From IMG/VR virus record IMGVR_UViG_2029527006_000005: a stretch of DNA of 64,000 bases. One strand, 5' to 3'. The position numbers and the translations under genes are program-made. Shown here piece after piece: positions 1 through 8,869 of this stretch. The stretch comes from a virus. Lineage: Duplodnaviria; Heunggongvirae; Uroviricota; Caudoviricetes. Within the stretch, counting starts at the first letter, position 1. Each line of letters begins with the position of its first letter. Under the pieces are notes generated by a model. The model was not told the DNA's origin. It was given only the letters and a program-made list of their open reading frames with translations, and ran no database searches.

Positions 1-464
1 GCACCGCGAAATTCTGGTTCACCTTCTTCCTTTACAACACCTGCTGCCATGCGACGAGCTTGTTGGTTGTGTGGGCGTTTGTCACGACGAGTAGTGTGAC
101 GGTTACCAGCAGTGGTCATTGGACGTGTCCAGTAAATGCGACCACGGCCCCAGCAATAGTACTTACTATAAGACACGTACTTTTTGTTGTACTCTGCTAG
201 AAGTAAATCAGGGGAAACCATTAAACCACTTTGTGTGTACAAATAGAAGCCTACGTGATTACATTCAATCGGACGAGAATACCACCAGCTTCTATAATGC
301 TGGTAGAACGCATCACTTGATTTAGTGTATGGTCCAACATTGAATTTCATGAAGCTATGGAAGCGTTGAATATCTCCACTCTGCCTAATGTGCGTGTACA
401 AATCATCTACAATTTCAGTTTTACCTGAGTCGTGGTAGATCACGAATGTTTGGTCAAAGAACAT
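1..464 (-). CDS. Phage hypothetical protein, 3' end outside the window (MFFDQTFVIY...RPHNQQARRMAAGVVKEEGEPEFRG)
   Basis: Translated by hand: ATG at 464 with GGAGAG upstream, open to the window edge; not in the ORF track. Confidence 0.8.
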   Translation of the reverse strand, partial: MFFDQTFVIYHDSGKTEIVDDLYTHIRQSGDIQRFHSFMKFNVGPYTKSSDAFYQHYRSWWYSRPIECNHVGFYLYTQSGLMVSPDLLLAEYNKKYVSYSKYYCWGRGRIYWTRPMTTAGNRHTTRRDKRPHNQQARRMAAGVVKEEGEPEFRG

Positions 465-538
465 ATATTCTCTCCTATTAAGTTAAAGTACCTTAATGGA
501 AAGACATGCGACCCTTGTGTTGTTTTTTCATATATCTC

Positions 539-673
539 CTACATGATTGCGTACAAACCGACGCATAGTGCTACTAAAATTAGTACTGTAATAACGATAG
601 CTGTACCTTTTCCCGGTTTGCCTAAAAACAATACCGCGAGTAATTCTAAAATCCCACCAATCAAATCATCCAC
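539..673 (-). CDS. Small 44-aa membrane protein
   Basis: GTG start abuts the upstream stop; two hydrophobic stretches (MDDLIGGILELLAVLFLGKPGKGTAIVITVLILVALCVGLYAIM). Confidence 0.6.
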   Translation of the reverse strand: MDDLIGGILELLAVLFLGKPGKGTAIVITVLILVALCVGLYAIM

Positions 674-1381
674 TTAGTCCACCTTTTTCGGGAAACGAAT
701 ACGAAAATCTGTCATGAGTTTATTATATCTGGGTTTAATCACTGCGTCAAGCGTTTTCCAACGTTCTTCGAGTGTACCAGTACTGTTATTATATGTGTCA
801 AAAATGATATCATGAATATCTTTCAAATACCATATATGATTGTATTTAATTGTTGTTAGTGATTCAATTTCACAATTGTCTGAATGATTGTAGTAGTGCA
901 TGGCCTGTACTGGAAACTTGAATGCATGATACAAGTTTTTAAGGCCCAAATACTTATCATAATCATCTTCTACTATTAGCTTCTTCTTGCCTTTATTATA
1001 AGCCTTAGAAGAAATCGAACTAATATTACTACGTACTTCCCAATCTTTTTTATTATCCAATTCATCGTAGATCATAGAATGATGACCAAAATCTGAGGAA
1101 TAGAAATTGAAGTACTTTGGTTCTAGTGCATCTAATTCTCTTACGATTTCAGATGAATACATTGGTGTTATTTCCAATGGAATATTCAATTCTGGAATTT
1201 TTACGTGAATGGTTTCAGATAGATTGTAGAAGTTAAGTAGTGCAATGTCAACATCTTTAGGTTCAACGAAGAAACCTTCTTTAGCTTCAATGAATGAACC
1301 ATAGATAACAAATACTGCATTATCACCGAATTCATTATTGATATAAGACGTTATATCTTCAATTGCTTTTTTAAAATCCAT
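674..1381 (-). CDS. Pol-beta-superfamily nucleotidyltransferase-like protein
   Basis: YGS...KDVDI motif near N-terminus; start moved to ATG (MDFKK) with GGAG. Confidence 0.55.
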   Translation of the reverse strand: MDFKKAIEDITSYINNEFGDNAVFVIYGSFIEAKEGFFVEPKDVDIALLNFYNLSETIHVKIPELNIPLEITPMYSSEIVRELDALEPKYFNFYSSDFGHHSMIYDELDNKKDWEVRSNISSISSKAYNKGKKKLIVEDDYDKYLGLKNLYHAFKFPVQAMHYYNHSDNCEIESLTTIKYNHIWYLKDIHDIIFDTYNNSTGTLEERWKTLDAVIKPRYNKLMTDFRIRFPKKVD

Positions 1382-1400
1382 AGTACTCTCCAAAAAGAAA

Positions 1401-1421
1401 AGGCCACTAAATTAGTGGCCT
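1401..1421 (-). terminator. Rho-independent terminator
   Basis: AGGCCACTAA-A-TTAGTGGCCT inverted repeat followed by a U-rich tract on the minus strand. Confidence 0.8.
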
Positions 1422-1495
1422 AAAAACAACATGGAGTCAAAATGTTATTATTGTTATAACATTATTTATCAATGTTGTTTTGAAACAGGCACTAA

Positions 1496-1744
1496 TTAAG
1501 TGCGAGTCCATTGCTGGGTTTTAACCTCTAGCACTTTCTTCTTGCCCTGTTTAACCACTTCATAGGTGGTGATTAGAGGGGAACCTTTGGTGCTACCTTG
1601 TAGACCTTTGTCAAAGGTAATGGTACGGAACTGCTGACGGGTTAGCACACCCTGCTGGCGTAGCTTCTTGAAGCTCTCTAGAGCGGAGTTTTTGTCCATC
1701 TGTGCACGACGGGTGTTCTGAGCTTCTTTCTTATTCTTTTCCAT
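1496..1744 (-). CDS. Small basic hypothetical protein
   Basis: 82-aa ORF with GAGGA RBS, directly downstream of a promoter. Confidence 0.75.
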   Translation of the reverse strand: MEKNKKEAQNTRRAQMDKNSALESFKKLRQQGVLTRQQFRTITFDKGLQGSTKGSPLITTYEVVKQGKKKVLEVKTQQWTRT

Positions 1745-1777
1745 TATAATTTCCTCTTTTGTTTTGATAACATCTAT

Positions 1778-1806
1778 ATTATATCACATTGTTGAGCGTT
1801 TGTCCC
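1778..1806 (-). promoter_or_regulatory. Phage promoter GGGACA-N17-TATAAT with extended -10 (TGTGATATAAT)
   Basis: Same architecture at 13503, 47501 and 50187. Confidence 0.8.
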
Positions 1807-1814
1807 AACTTTTT

Positions 1815-2078
1815 TTACATGAAAATTTTCACAACAACTGCTATGAAACCAACTACTAATACTATACCAAGAAGTACAGATAGGTACTCCATGAATGGAT
1901 CATACATTGAACTAGTAATTGCATCTAAATGCATAGAATCACGACTCCAATACCCACGGTCCCATTCTAGTTTGTCTTCCCCATCTTCATATGGATTGTC
2001 ATCGGGGTATGAATTATCCCAAGCATTCCAACCTTCATCGTATGGTGTCATTATATCACCTAATTTTGTTTCCGTCAA
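1815..2078 (-). CDS. Hypothetical protein with C-terminal TM helix
   Basis: ORF with acidic N-terminus and hydrophobic C-terminus. Confidence 0.7.
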   Translation of the reverse strand: MTETKLGDIMTPYDEGWNAWDNSYPDDNPYEDGEDKLEWDRGYWSRDSMHLDAITSSMYDPFMEYLSVLLGIVLVVGFIAVVVKIFM

Positions 2079-2286
2079 TGTCGTAAACAGAATCTTTCAC
2101 TTCATGTTCTAGTACTCGACAATTCCAATCCTCAACTGCTGATTGAGGTTCGTATGAACCTTCCATTTCTAAGGAGCAATGCAAGCATTGCACACAGTCA
2201 AGCATTCGAGTACTGAAGTCGCCTTTTCGCCAGTATGCAGCTTCACCACAGCACGGACAACCATAAACTTTCACTTCATTGGACAT
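2056..2286 (-). CDS. Lar-family restriction-alleviation-like zinc-finger protein
   Basis: CPCCG...VQCLHC...AVEDWNCR fits the Lar pattern (CPxCG, CxxC, WNxR). Confidence 0.6.
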   Translation of the reverse strand: MSNEVKVYGCPCCGEAAYWRKGDFSTRMLDCVQCLHCSLEMEGSYEPQSAVEDWNCRVLEHEVKDSVYDIDGNKIR

Positions 2287-2307
2287 ATTATATCACTCTA
2301 ATTGAAA

Positions 2308-2326
2308 GGGGGCAATAGCTGCCCCC
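2308..2326 (-). terminator. Rho-independent terminator after PhoH
   Basis: GGGGGCA/TGCCCCC stem followed by TTTC on the minus strand. Confidence 0.7.
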
Positions 2327-2332
2327 AAATTA

Positions 2333-3796
2333 TTATAGATTTTCTTCTGCAAATTCTGCTAGTGCAGAACGTACAACACCTTCTAGTTCAACGATACGGC
2401 AACCTTCCCAATCTTTGAACTTCTCAACTACATACGTTAGGCCACTGTTTACAGGGCTGATGAAGCGGGAGTCAATCTGGCTTAGGTTACCCATGATGAT
2501 TACTTTACAGTTTTCACCAGCACGTGTCAAGATGGTTTTTGCTTGTGCAGGGGTAATGTTTTGGAATTCATCAACGATTAGGATCGTGTTAATGAAGCTA
2601 CGACCACGAATAAAGTTCAATGCTTTGAACTGCATTACGTTGCGTTTAATGATTTCCTCAATGCTTCCTTGTGGGTTAGCATCATCTTTGTGGAGGAATT
2701 CTAGGGCATCAATAGCCGCTCCACAGAATGGAATAACTTTTTCCATTTCAGTACCGGGTAAGAATCCGATATCTTCAAATTGTGAATCTTGTGTTTTGGA
2801 GAAGATAATACGTTGATACGCATTCTTCTGTTCTAGCACTAGGTCTAACGCCGTTGCTAGGGTAATTAGGGTCTTACCAGTACCAGCAGAACCTAGAAGT
2901 ACTGTAATGTGTACATCAGGATCTAGAATACTGTTAATAGCCATCGCTTGTTGAACGTTTTTAGCTTTGATATCCCATACTTTAGCACGTAGAGATTTCT
3001 GCTGTCCAATGTCCAAGAATACCATGTATTCGGTATCGTCTTGTACTGAAGGATCAACATCCTCACGACGACCCCAACCTTCGAACACAAAGAGTACATC
3101 AGCATTATCTGCAATGTAATCACCGATGTATAGGTTAGTTGGTAGAAGAGGTTTAATTGCATCTTCTGGAATGTATTGGAATAGTTTACGTTGAGCTTGT
3201 GCACAATATACTTGTGTTTCAGACTCAGCTAGGGTAGCCCACAAATCAATATCAATGATATGATTTCCGGTGTGGATTAGATCACTGTCTTCGATTGTTA
3301 CGTCATGACGATAGTCTTGTACTTCTACGCCATAGGCTAGTGCCTTAATACGCATATTAATATCACGAGTTACAAGTACTGATTCAGTAGCTAGAGCAAC
3401 TAGGATAATCTTATCATCAGGTACAGTACTATTAATTAGTGTTTGTACTTTGTTAAAGTCTTTATCAGCAGCATCAACTTTAGTGCGTAGCAATGCTTCT
3501 GCTTCTTCAACGGTAGCAACGAATAGACGACTGTTCTTATCCATGTGTTTATGGATCTTAGAAACGTCCACTCCAGTACTAGAGATTTCTTCATGGGTCG
3601 CTGATTCAAGAATATCAGAAATGTTGCGAATTGCGACACGAGCATCACGACTTACGTCAACATTGCGGCTTTTGATGGAATCTAACTCTTCAAGTACTGT
3701 GAACGGTAAAATTACTGTTGAGCCAGCAAATGCTAGGATAGCAGATGGGTCACCAAGAATTACGTTTGTGTCTAGAGCATATTTTTTCATAAACAT
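2333..3796 (-). CDS. phoH: PIN-domain plus PhoH-family ATPase
   Basis: LDTNV, EELD, DDKII, TRDINMRIKA PIN motifs; Walker A GSAGTGKT; IGFLPG, RGRS, DEFQN. Confidence 0.92.
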   Translation of the reverse strand: MFMKKYALDTNVILGDPSAILAFAGSTVILPFTVLEELDSIKSRNVDVSRDARVAIRNISDILESATHEEISSTGVDVSKIHKHMDKNSRLFVATVEEAEALLRTKVDAADKDFNKVQTLINSTVPDDKIILVALATESVLVTRDINMRIKALAYGVEVQDYRHDVTIEDSDLIHTGNHIIDIDLWATLAESETQVYCAQAQRKLFQYIPEDAIKPLLPTNLYIGDYIADNADVLFVFEGWGRREDVDPSVQDDTEYMVFLDIGQQKSLRAKVWDIKAKNVQQAMAINSILDPDVHITVLLGSAGTGKTLITLATALDLVLEQKNAYQRIIFSKTQDSQFEDIGFLPGTEMEKVIPFCGAAIDALEFLHKDDANPQGSIEEIIKRNVMQFKALNFIRGRSFINTILIVDEFQNITPAQAKTILTRAGENCKVIIMGNLSQIDSRFISPVNSGLTYVVEKFKDWEGCRIVELEGVVRSALAEFAEENL

Positions 3797-3854
3797 CCTT
3801 ATCTATATATCGAGACATTCCTTGTCTCTCAATCGTATTTAGGTACGATAATTT

Positions 3855-4157
3855 TTAGTTTTTTGAAGGTGAATAGTCAACATAACACTGTAGACCCTTC
3901 ACCTTTTCAGTCCAACATTCCTGATAGACTAGTTGCCCGATGATCATTGGAGTGTTAGACAATCCAAATTTCACCTCGTTTGTACTGGTCTTGTACTCAA
4001 AAGAACATTTGCTGTCCCGGCACTGACCAATATTAGTTACAGTAGCAGTATTGTAGTAAACATCCTGCTTACGTGTATTTTCAATTTGTTGATTGCAGGA
4101 AGAGACTAGAAAGGCAATTCCCAATGTGACTACGCTTGCAACGATAACTTTATACAT
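3855..4157 (-). CDS. Putative lipoprotein
   Basis: Hydrophobic signal peptide ending LVSSC (lipobox-like). Confidence 0.6.
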   Translation of the reverse strand: MYKVIVASVVTLGIAFLVSSCNQQIENTRKQDVYYNTATVTNIGQCRDSKCSFEYKTSTNEVKFGLSNTPMIIGQLVYQECWTEKVKGLQCYVDYSPSKN

Positions 4158-4482
4158 TTTGGCTCCTGATGAATTTTAAACCATTTTTAAGATAGCACTC
4201 AATATTTGCTTTCCCTACAGGGTTTGCACTGTGCACTACATAATCAAAAACACATTGTAACTCATTATCGATCATAAAGTCAATAATAAATTTAGCAAAA
4301 CTGTAACCAGTTTTCTCGTCCTCGGCTTCGTCACCCAAGTCATGATCGAATGAAATGAATACGGGAACACCGTGATTTTTGACATATTCAACGGCTTCAT
4401 CGTAAGTACGCACAGTAATAAATCCTTTATTTGGATAGTACTTTTCTGCGTCCCTCAAATCATCAAGAAACATACTGTACAT
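4150..4482 (-). CDS. Cyclic-phosphate-processing receiver domain protein
   Basis: FLDDLR, ISFDHDLG, TGY, HSANPVG motifs. Confidence 0.8.
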   Translation of the reverse strand: MYSMFLDDLRDAEKYYPNKGFITVRTYDEAVEYVKNHGVPVFISFDHDLGDEAEDEKTGYSFAKFIIDFMIDNELQCVFDYVVHSANPVGKANIECYLKNGLKFIRSQNV

Positions 4483-4486
4483 TTTG

Positions 4487-5047
4487 TTACCCTTTGTTTA
4501 CGTATGATACTAGTAAGTTTTTAGTACTTACCAGATGTTGAAGTTCCACTTTAGCAGAACCAATGAATTCTTGGTCTAGGAGTACATTATATCCGCACTC
4601 GACCTTGTTTGGCTTTTGATACCTACAGATATGCATAAGGTTTACACCAGCATTCTCTGCACTAAAATGCTCACCTAAATGTGCATTGTTTCGAATTTGT
4701 ACAAGTTCTTCATATGATACTTCTAATGAAAAACTATGGTTGTGTGATCCAGAGCCATTTTTTAAAGTAAGTAATGGCTCTAAGCGTTCAATAGGAAGAT
4801 CGTAGTTAATCTCTTCGAATGCTTCCCGTTTTACTGCTTCTTCCAATGATATATCATCATCTTCAACGCCTCCACCAACGGCTCCCATAAGACCATCCCA
4901 ACGTAATTCTGAAAGTACTAGAGATACGTTAGGAATGTCGTTATACGGGTAGTTCGCATACGGTGTACAGTTTTTGGCGTATATCCAAACGAAGACGCAA
5001 TCAAATCTGTTAGATCTCTCCCCGAATGGTAGCTCTTTATATATCAT
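4487..5047 (-). CDS. Nudix hydrolase, NUDT16-like
   Basis: Nudix box GGGVEDDDISLEEAVKREAFEE; RWDGLMG and FIGSAK resemble NUDT16 RFDGRLG and FIGSAR. Confidence 0.8.
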   Translation of the reverse strand: MIYKELPFGERSNRFDCVFVWIYAKNCTPYANYPYNDIPNVSLVLSELRWDGLMGAVGGGVEDDDISLEEAVKREAFEEINYDLPIERLEPLLTLKNGSGSHNHSFSLEVSYEELVQIRNNAHLGEHFSAENAGVNLMHICRYQKPNKVECGYNVLLDQEFIGSAKVELQHLVSTKNLLVSYVNKG

Positions 5048-5056
5048 TATACCCTC

Positions 5057-5428
5057 TTAGGCATAGACTGATAGAATCCAAAGATCGACGTTAAATTCGC
5101 TTGCTCTACGACCGAAATATACTAATAGTATCCAGTCTACGCTATCGCGAATGTCGGGTGTTACCTTCTCTCTTAGATCTGAAAAACTAACAGTGTTAAG
5201 TAATTCAGTTTCCCATTCAGTGTCTGCCGCTTGATCAATTACGTACCCAAAGTAGTGTGCATCAGATAACTCATCATATATCATTTGAAAAGGTGAGTCA
5301 ACCTTATTGATCACATCGTAAACATGATTTATGTACTCTTCGGCATTTTCAAAACGACTTGTATCGAATTTACCAAAATCTACTTCAGTTCCATATAAAA
5401 TAAATGTTCTTGCCGTTACTTCACTCAT
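5057..5428 (-). CDS. Hypothetical protein
   Basis: ORF in the operon; start overlaps the upstream stop. Confidence 0.7.
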   Translation of the reverse strand: MSEVTARTFILYGTEVDFGKFDTSRFENAEEYINHVYDVINKVDSPFQMIYDELSDAHYFGYVIDQAADTEWETELLNTVSFSDLREKVTPDIRDSVDWILLVYFGRRASEFNVDLWILSVYA

Positions 5429-6186
5429 AAATCCATCCTCAATAAAATAATATCTTTCAATTTAGGGATGGCCTCTGACGCTGGCTTGTAAATTTTCTCG
5501 CTAAACATCCAATCATTATCTGACTTTCGTATGTTAACATTGTATGTATAAGCAGGTGACGCACCAGCCATCGAAGACCACTGGATCACTGTGTCGGAGG
5601 AACCCACTACCACAACGGTATCTTGATCTGTCAGGGATGCAAGTACTTTGTTGCGATCTTCGTATAATGGTACACGCTCACCATATACGTAACGTTCTGA
5701 TTCCCCAAACATAACAACATTTGGTTTCGCATACACCCCTTCTTTCGGTATATAGGCTTCATAACCTAAGTACTCAATGTTAAAAGAGTTATCTGCTAGT
5801 GAATAGTTCTCTATTACTTCTAAAAGATCACCATGTAAGTGCATAGCGGTTCCACCTGCACGTTCATATAGATCATCGACGTTAGTCGTCATGTGTAAAA
5901 AAAGATCATCCCCGTATTGTTTTTCTAATTCAGCAATCACGTGATGAGCGGCGTTAGGTACTTTTTCTTTTAGGTTTACTCTCAAGGTATTGTAAAATGC
6001 GTGTACTTTGTGATAGTAAGCTGAAAGATTCGCGATGTTACATACGTGGTTTACGTTAGTATTTTCCCAGAGTGCGTCTTCGTCAAATCTGAAAGTACTG
6101 ATCCCTGATTCTGCTGAGAGACCTGCACCTGATATAACTAACAGTCTGCGTTTACCTTTGTTTGCCAAGAACTTATCCAAATCCAT
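5425..6186 (-). CDS. Sir2/CobB-family NAD-dependent deacylase
   Basis: GAGLSAESG, TNVDDLYERAG, HLHG, KPNVVMFGE, VVGSS. Confidence 0.92.
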   Translation of the reverse strand: MDLDKFLANKGKRRLLVISGAGLSAESGISTFRFDEDALWENTNVNHVCNIANLSAYYHKVHAFYNTLRVNLKEKVPNAAHHVIAELEKQYGDDLFLHMTTNVDDLYERAGGTAMHLHGDLLEVIENYSLADNSFNIEYLGYEAYIPKEGVYAKPNVVMFGESERYVYGERVPLYEDRNKVLASLTDQDTVVVVGSSDTVIQWSSMAGASPAYTYNVNIRKSDNDWMFSEKIYKPASEAIPKLKDIILLRMDL

Positions 6187-6194
6187 CCTTCACC

Positions 6195-6641
6195 TCACTT
6201 AGTTTTACCTGAGTATTCCTTTCCAAATTTAAGAGTTTCTGGTAGTGCTCCAAGTTTATGTACTAGATCTATAATGTCTTCATCCGTATCTTCCGGTTGG
6301 TACACTACACTCATGTGACATTTGAAACTAGGGTGCTTATGATCAAAGCCAGCCTTCTTCAACTCTTTGTGTCTTTTTTCGATCTCTGGGGATTTCAAGA
6401 TCAAAGCAATTGCTTCGTATTTTGATCCCTTCTTACCTAATCGCTCAACTCCTACGATCTTCGCACTGTACGACTTAGTATTCACTGGAAGATCGATCTC
6501 TGGATCTGACTCATCGTATACTAAGGTAACATGAAATTTCGTTGGTGTCAAGCATTTTATTCCAGCAGTTTTAAAAACTTTTTGGATTTCTTTTCCTTGT
6601 TGCAAATCTAACTGAAGTGCAACGAATCCTTTCCCTGCCAT
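6195..6641 (-). CDS. 2H phosphoesterase, Acb1 / T4 gp57B-like
   Basis: Two HxT/S motifs (FHVTLVY, CHMSVVY) in a 148-aa protein. Confidence 0.7.
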   Translation of the reverse strand: MAGKGFVALQLDLQQGKEIQKVFKTAGIKCLTPTKFHVTLVYDESDPEIDLPVNTKSYSAKIVGVERLGKKGSKYEAIALILKSPEIEKRHKELKKAGFDHKHPSFKCHMSVVYQPEDTDEDIIDLVHKLGALPETLKFGKEYSGKTK

Positions 6642-6674
6642 TTTTTATCCTTTTGGGTAGTTAATATACTGTAT

Positions 6675-7085
6675 TTACGTATATAATTTAACTCCACCCC
6701 GGTACATATAGACTCCCTTATCAGTAATTACATGAATGTACTTAACTGATGAATTTGGAACTGGAACGGAAAAGACGTAGTACAAATAACAACAGCGTTT
6801 AAATTCTTCCATCATATCGTTGGTTACAATCTCAACCTTCTTGTAACGCATTGAGAGAATTAATAAAGACCGTTCAAATGATGTTGTTTGTGAAACACCC
6901 CAACACATATCATTTTGTGCATAATGTTCTTTGGTGCACAAAAATTTTACAATGTCAGGGTTTTGTTCAACTAATACACGCATCTCGTGTGTAAGTTGTA
7001 CAAACTCACTAATACTTTTAGTCCGTTCATACACCATCTTTAAGTAATGGTGTATTCTTAGGTTATTAGTATGTGAAGATATCAT
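6675..7085 (-). CDS. Hypothetical protein
   Basis: ORF in the operon. Confidence 0.65.
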   Translation of the reverse strand: MISSHTNNLRIHHYLKMVYERTKSISEFVQLTHEMRVLVEQNPDIVKFLCTKEHYAQNDMCWGVSQTTSFERSLLILSMRYKKVEIVTNDMMEEFKRCCYLYYVFSVPVPNSSVKYIHVITDKGVYMYRGGVKLYT

Positions 7086-7659
7086 ATTCAGAACTTACGC
7101 TAGTTACATTAGTACTAACAATTTTGAAGATATCAGTTACACGGTCAACCATCCCAAGATTACCTTCTTTATTTGCAATATGGAATGCTTGCATTGCTGC
7201 GATTGCATGATAAGTACCACTACCCACAGATGTAATTTGAGTTTTAGGTTGTAGTACTGAGAAGTCTTCTTGAACTTCGTAAATCACATGGTCGTGGAGA
7301 ATAATAAACTGACCACCACCAACGTCTTGTGTATTGTCACGTGAACCCCATTCATCTTTGAATAGTTTGCGAATCTCTGGAATTACTTGATGCACTAGAT
7401 ACTGAGTAACAGTAGTACCTTTCTCTTGAACTGGTAGTTCTAGTTTATGGTCAAGAAGCTGTAGCATACGGAACGAAGTGGTTCCACCTAATGCTAGAGT
7501 ATGTTCTTCACGTTGTACACCATCTTCAAGTACTTTGATGAATTTCTTCTCAAAGATTTTAGGTTCAACCATCACTGACTTGGTAAAACCATTAGAGCCT
7601 AATTTATCACCTGCAATGAAAGATGATTCCCCGTTAGTATAAGCGATAATACAAGTCAT
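7066..7659 (-). CDS. Ntn-hydrolase, HslV / proteasome-beta-like peptidase
   Basis: N-terminal M-T-C-I-I-A, AGD, K at about residue 34, VGSG motif. Confidence 0.75.
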   Translation of the reverse strand: MTCIIAYTNGESSFIAGDKLGSNGFTKSVMVEPKIFEKKFIKVLEDGVQREEHTLALGGTTSFRMLQLLDHKLELPVQEKGTTVTQYLVHQVIPEIRKLFKDEWGSRDNTQDVGGGQFIILHDHVIYEVQEDFSVLQPKTQITSVGSGTYHAIAAMQAFHIANKEGNLGMVDRVTDIFKIVSTNVTSVSSEYDIFTY

Positions 7660-7671
7660 TTACATTCCTTA

Positions 7672-7953
7672 TTAGTTTTGATAAACAAACATCATTAGAA
7701 TAATCGGCGTACATGCAAGTACAACCCAGAATATACCAATAACCGTTGTCTTGAATACTGCACCACTTGTACCGGGATGTGGGCTTTGCCAAAATCTCCA
7801 GTACACACTTTGTATACGGTCTTTAATTGACCAACCTTTGTAATGCTTGTTGAATAAAATAGGCAGAAAAGCAACGACTGTGCAAACAAAAAAGAATACA
7901 AACAGTCCGAAAATCTTTTCTAACGCTAGCAGTACTTCCATAATGGTTTCCAT
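7672..7953 (-). CDS. Small 2-TM membrane protein
   Basis: Two hydrophobic segments. Confidence 0.65.
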   Translation of the reverse strand: METIMEVLLALEKIFGLFVFFFVCTVVAFLPILFNKHYKGWSIKDRIQSVYWRFWQSPHPGTSGAVFKTTVIGIFWVVLACTPIILMMFVYQN

Positions 7954-7957
7954 ATTC

Positions 7958-8197
7958 TTATCCCATGTAGTGTTTGATAACTACTGGAATAGCTACTAAA
8001 CCAACCATCCACGCAAGATAACCTAAACAATGAAGTACTTGATAGACGCGAAGTTTAAAAGTACTTTTATTTTCATGTTTAGCCCAACCGATTAAACAGT
8101 TAGTTTCACTGTGGGCTATTCCGTTGAATACCAGCAGGAATGGACCCACACCGAACCACCAAACAACCATGAAAAATGCTGCAATTGCTGTTGCCAT
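7958..8197 (-). CDS. Small 2-TM membrane protein
   Basis: Two hydrophobic segments, GAGGG RBS. Confidence 0.7.
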   Translation of the reverse strand: MATAIAAFFMVVWWFGVGPFLLVFNGIAHSETNCLIGWAKHENKSTFKLRVYQVLHCLGYLAWMVGLVAIPVVIKHYMG

Positions 8198-8224
8198 AAT
8201 TAAACCCTCTGTATAATTGAGAGT

Positions 8225-8638
8225 CTAGTATAATGCCTGTTTGGTGGGAATGCAAGATAAATCTTCAATAATTTTTAGTTCATATTCGAATTCATATTTT
8301 TTACGAATTGAGCCATCCTGTACGATAAGGTGCGTTATACCGTTATGTACATAACAGTCAGTGATGTAGCACTGATGAAGAGGGAATATGTTTGTTTTAA
8401 CATACATCCAAACTTCACCAATCTTAAAGTACACATCATCTTCATTGCGTTCGTAATCAGTAACTATACCACGTGGTATTGGGAATTTCGATTCCATGAC
8501 AATTTGATCATTTAGTAGTTCATACATTTGCATATATGCATGATTACGTTCTTCAGTACTAGAAGCAGTACGTTGAATGTAATTGTAATGTTCGTTGATA
8601 CGATACAATGTATGACCTAGTAGAAGTGGTTGACTCAT
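8225..8638 (-). CDS. Hypothetical protein
   Basis: Start probably MSQPLL, overlapping the upstream stop. Confidence 0.6.
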   Translation of the reverse strand: MSQPLLLGHTLYRINEHYNYIQRTASSTEERNHAYMQMYELLNDQIVMESKFPIPRGIVTDYERNEDDVYFKIGEVWMYVKTNIFPLHQCYITDCYVHNGITHLIVQDGSIRKKYEFEYELKIIEDLSCIPTKQALY

Positions 8639-8853
8639 AGCATTGCTACCGGACCGAGAATGTAGATTGCAATTAGACATGCAAACAATACAAATAGGAA
8701 ACTTTTGAATTCCATAAACCACGCTTTGAAACGGAATTTACGAGTATGAGTTTCGTTATCAACTGTGTACCAACCACGAGTAGTTGCTTTAACAATAACG
8801 TATGCAGAACCCGTTGACAAAATGTACATAATAGCTAGCATTACATATTCCAT
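8635..8853 (-). CDS. Small membrane protein, paralog of 9777..9986
   Basis: Start MEYVM with GGAGG; shared AYxIxxATTxGW...WFxEFKS. Confidence 0.7.
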   Translation of the reverse strand: MEYVMLAIMYILSTGSAYVIVKATTRGWYTVDNETHTRKFRFKAWFMEFKSFLFVLFACLIAIYILGPVAML

Positions 8854-8869
8854 AATTACCCTCCAAAAA

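Noticed and set aside
2287-2296. TGATATAAT upstream of the Lar-like gene as a fifth promoter
   Set aside because: No matching -35 box and it abuts the ATG; more likely RBS spacer sequence
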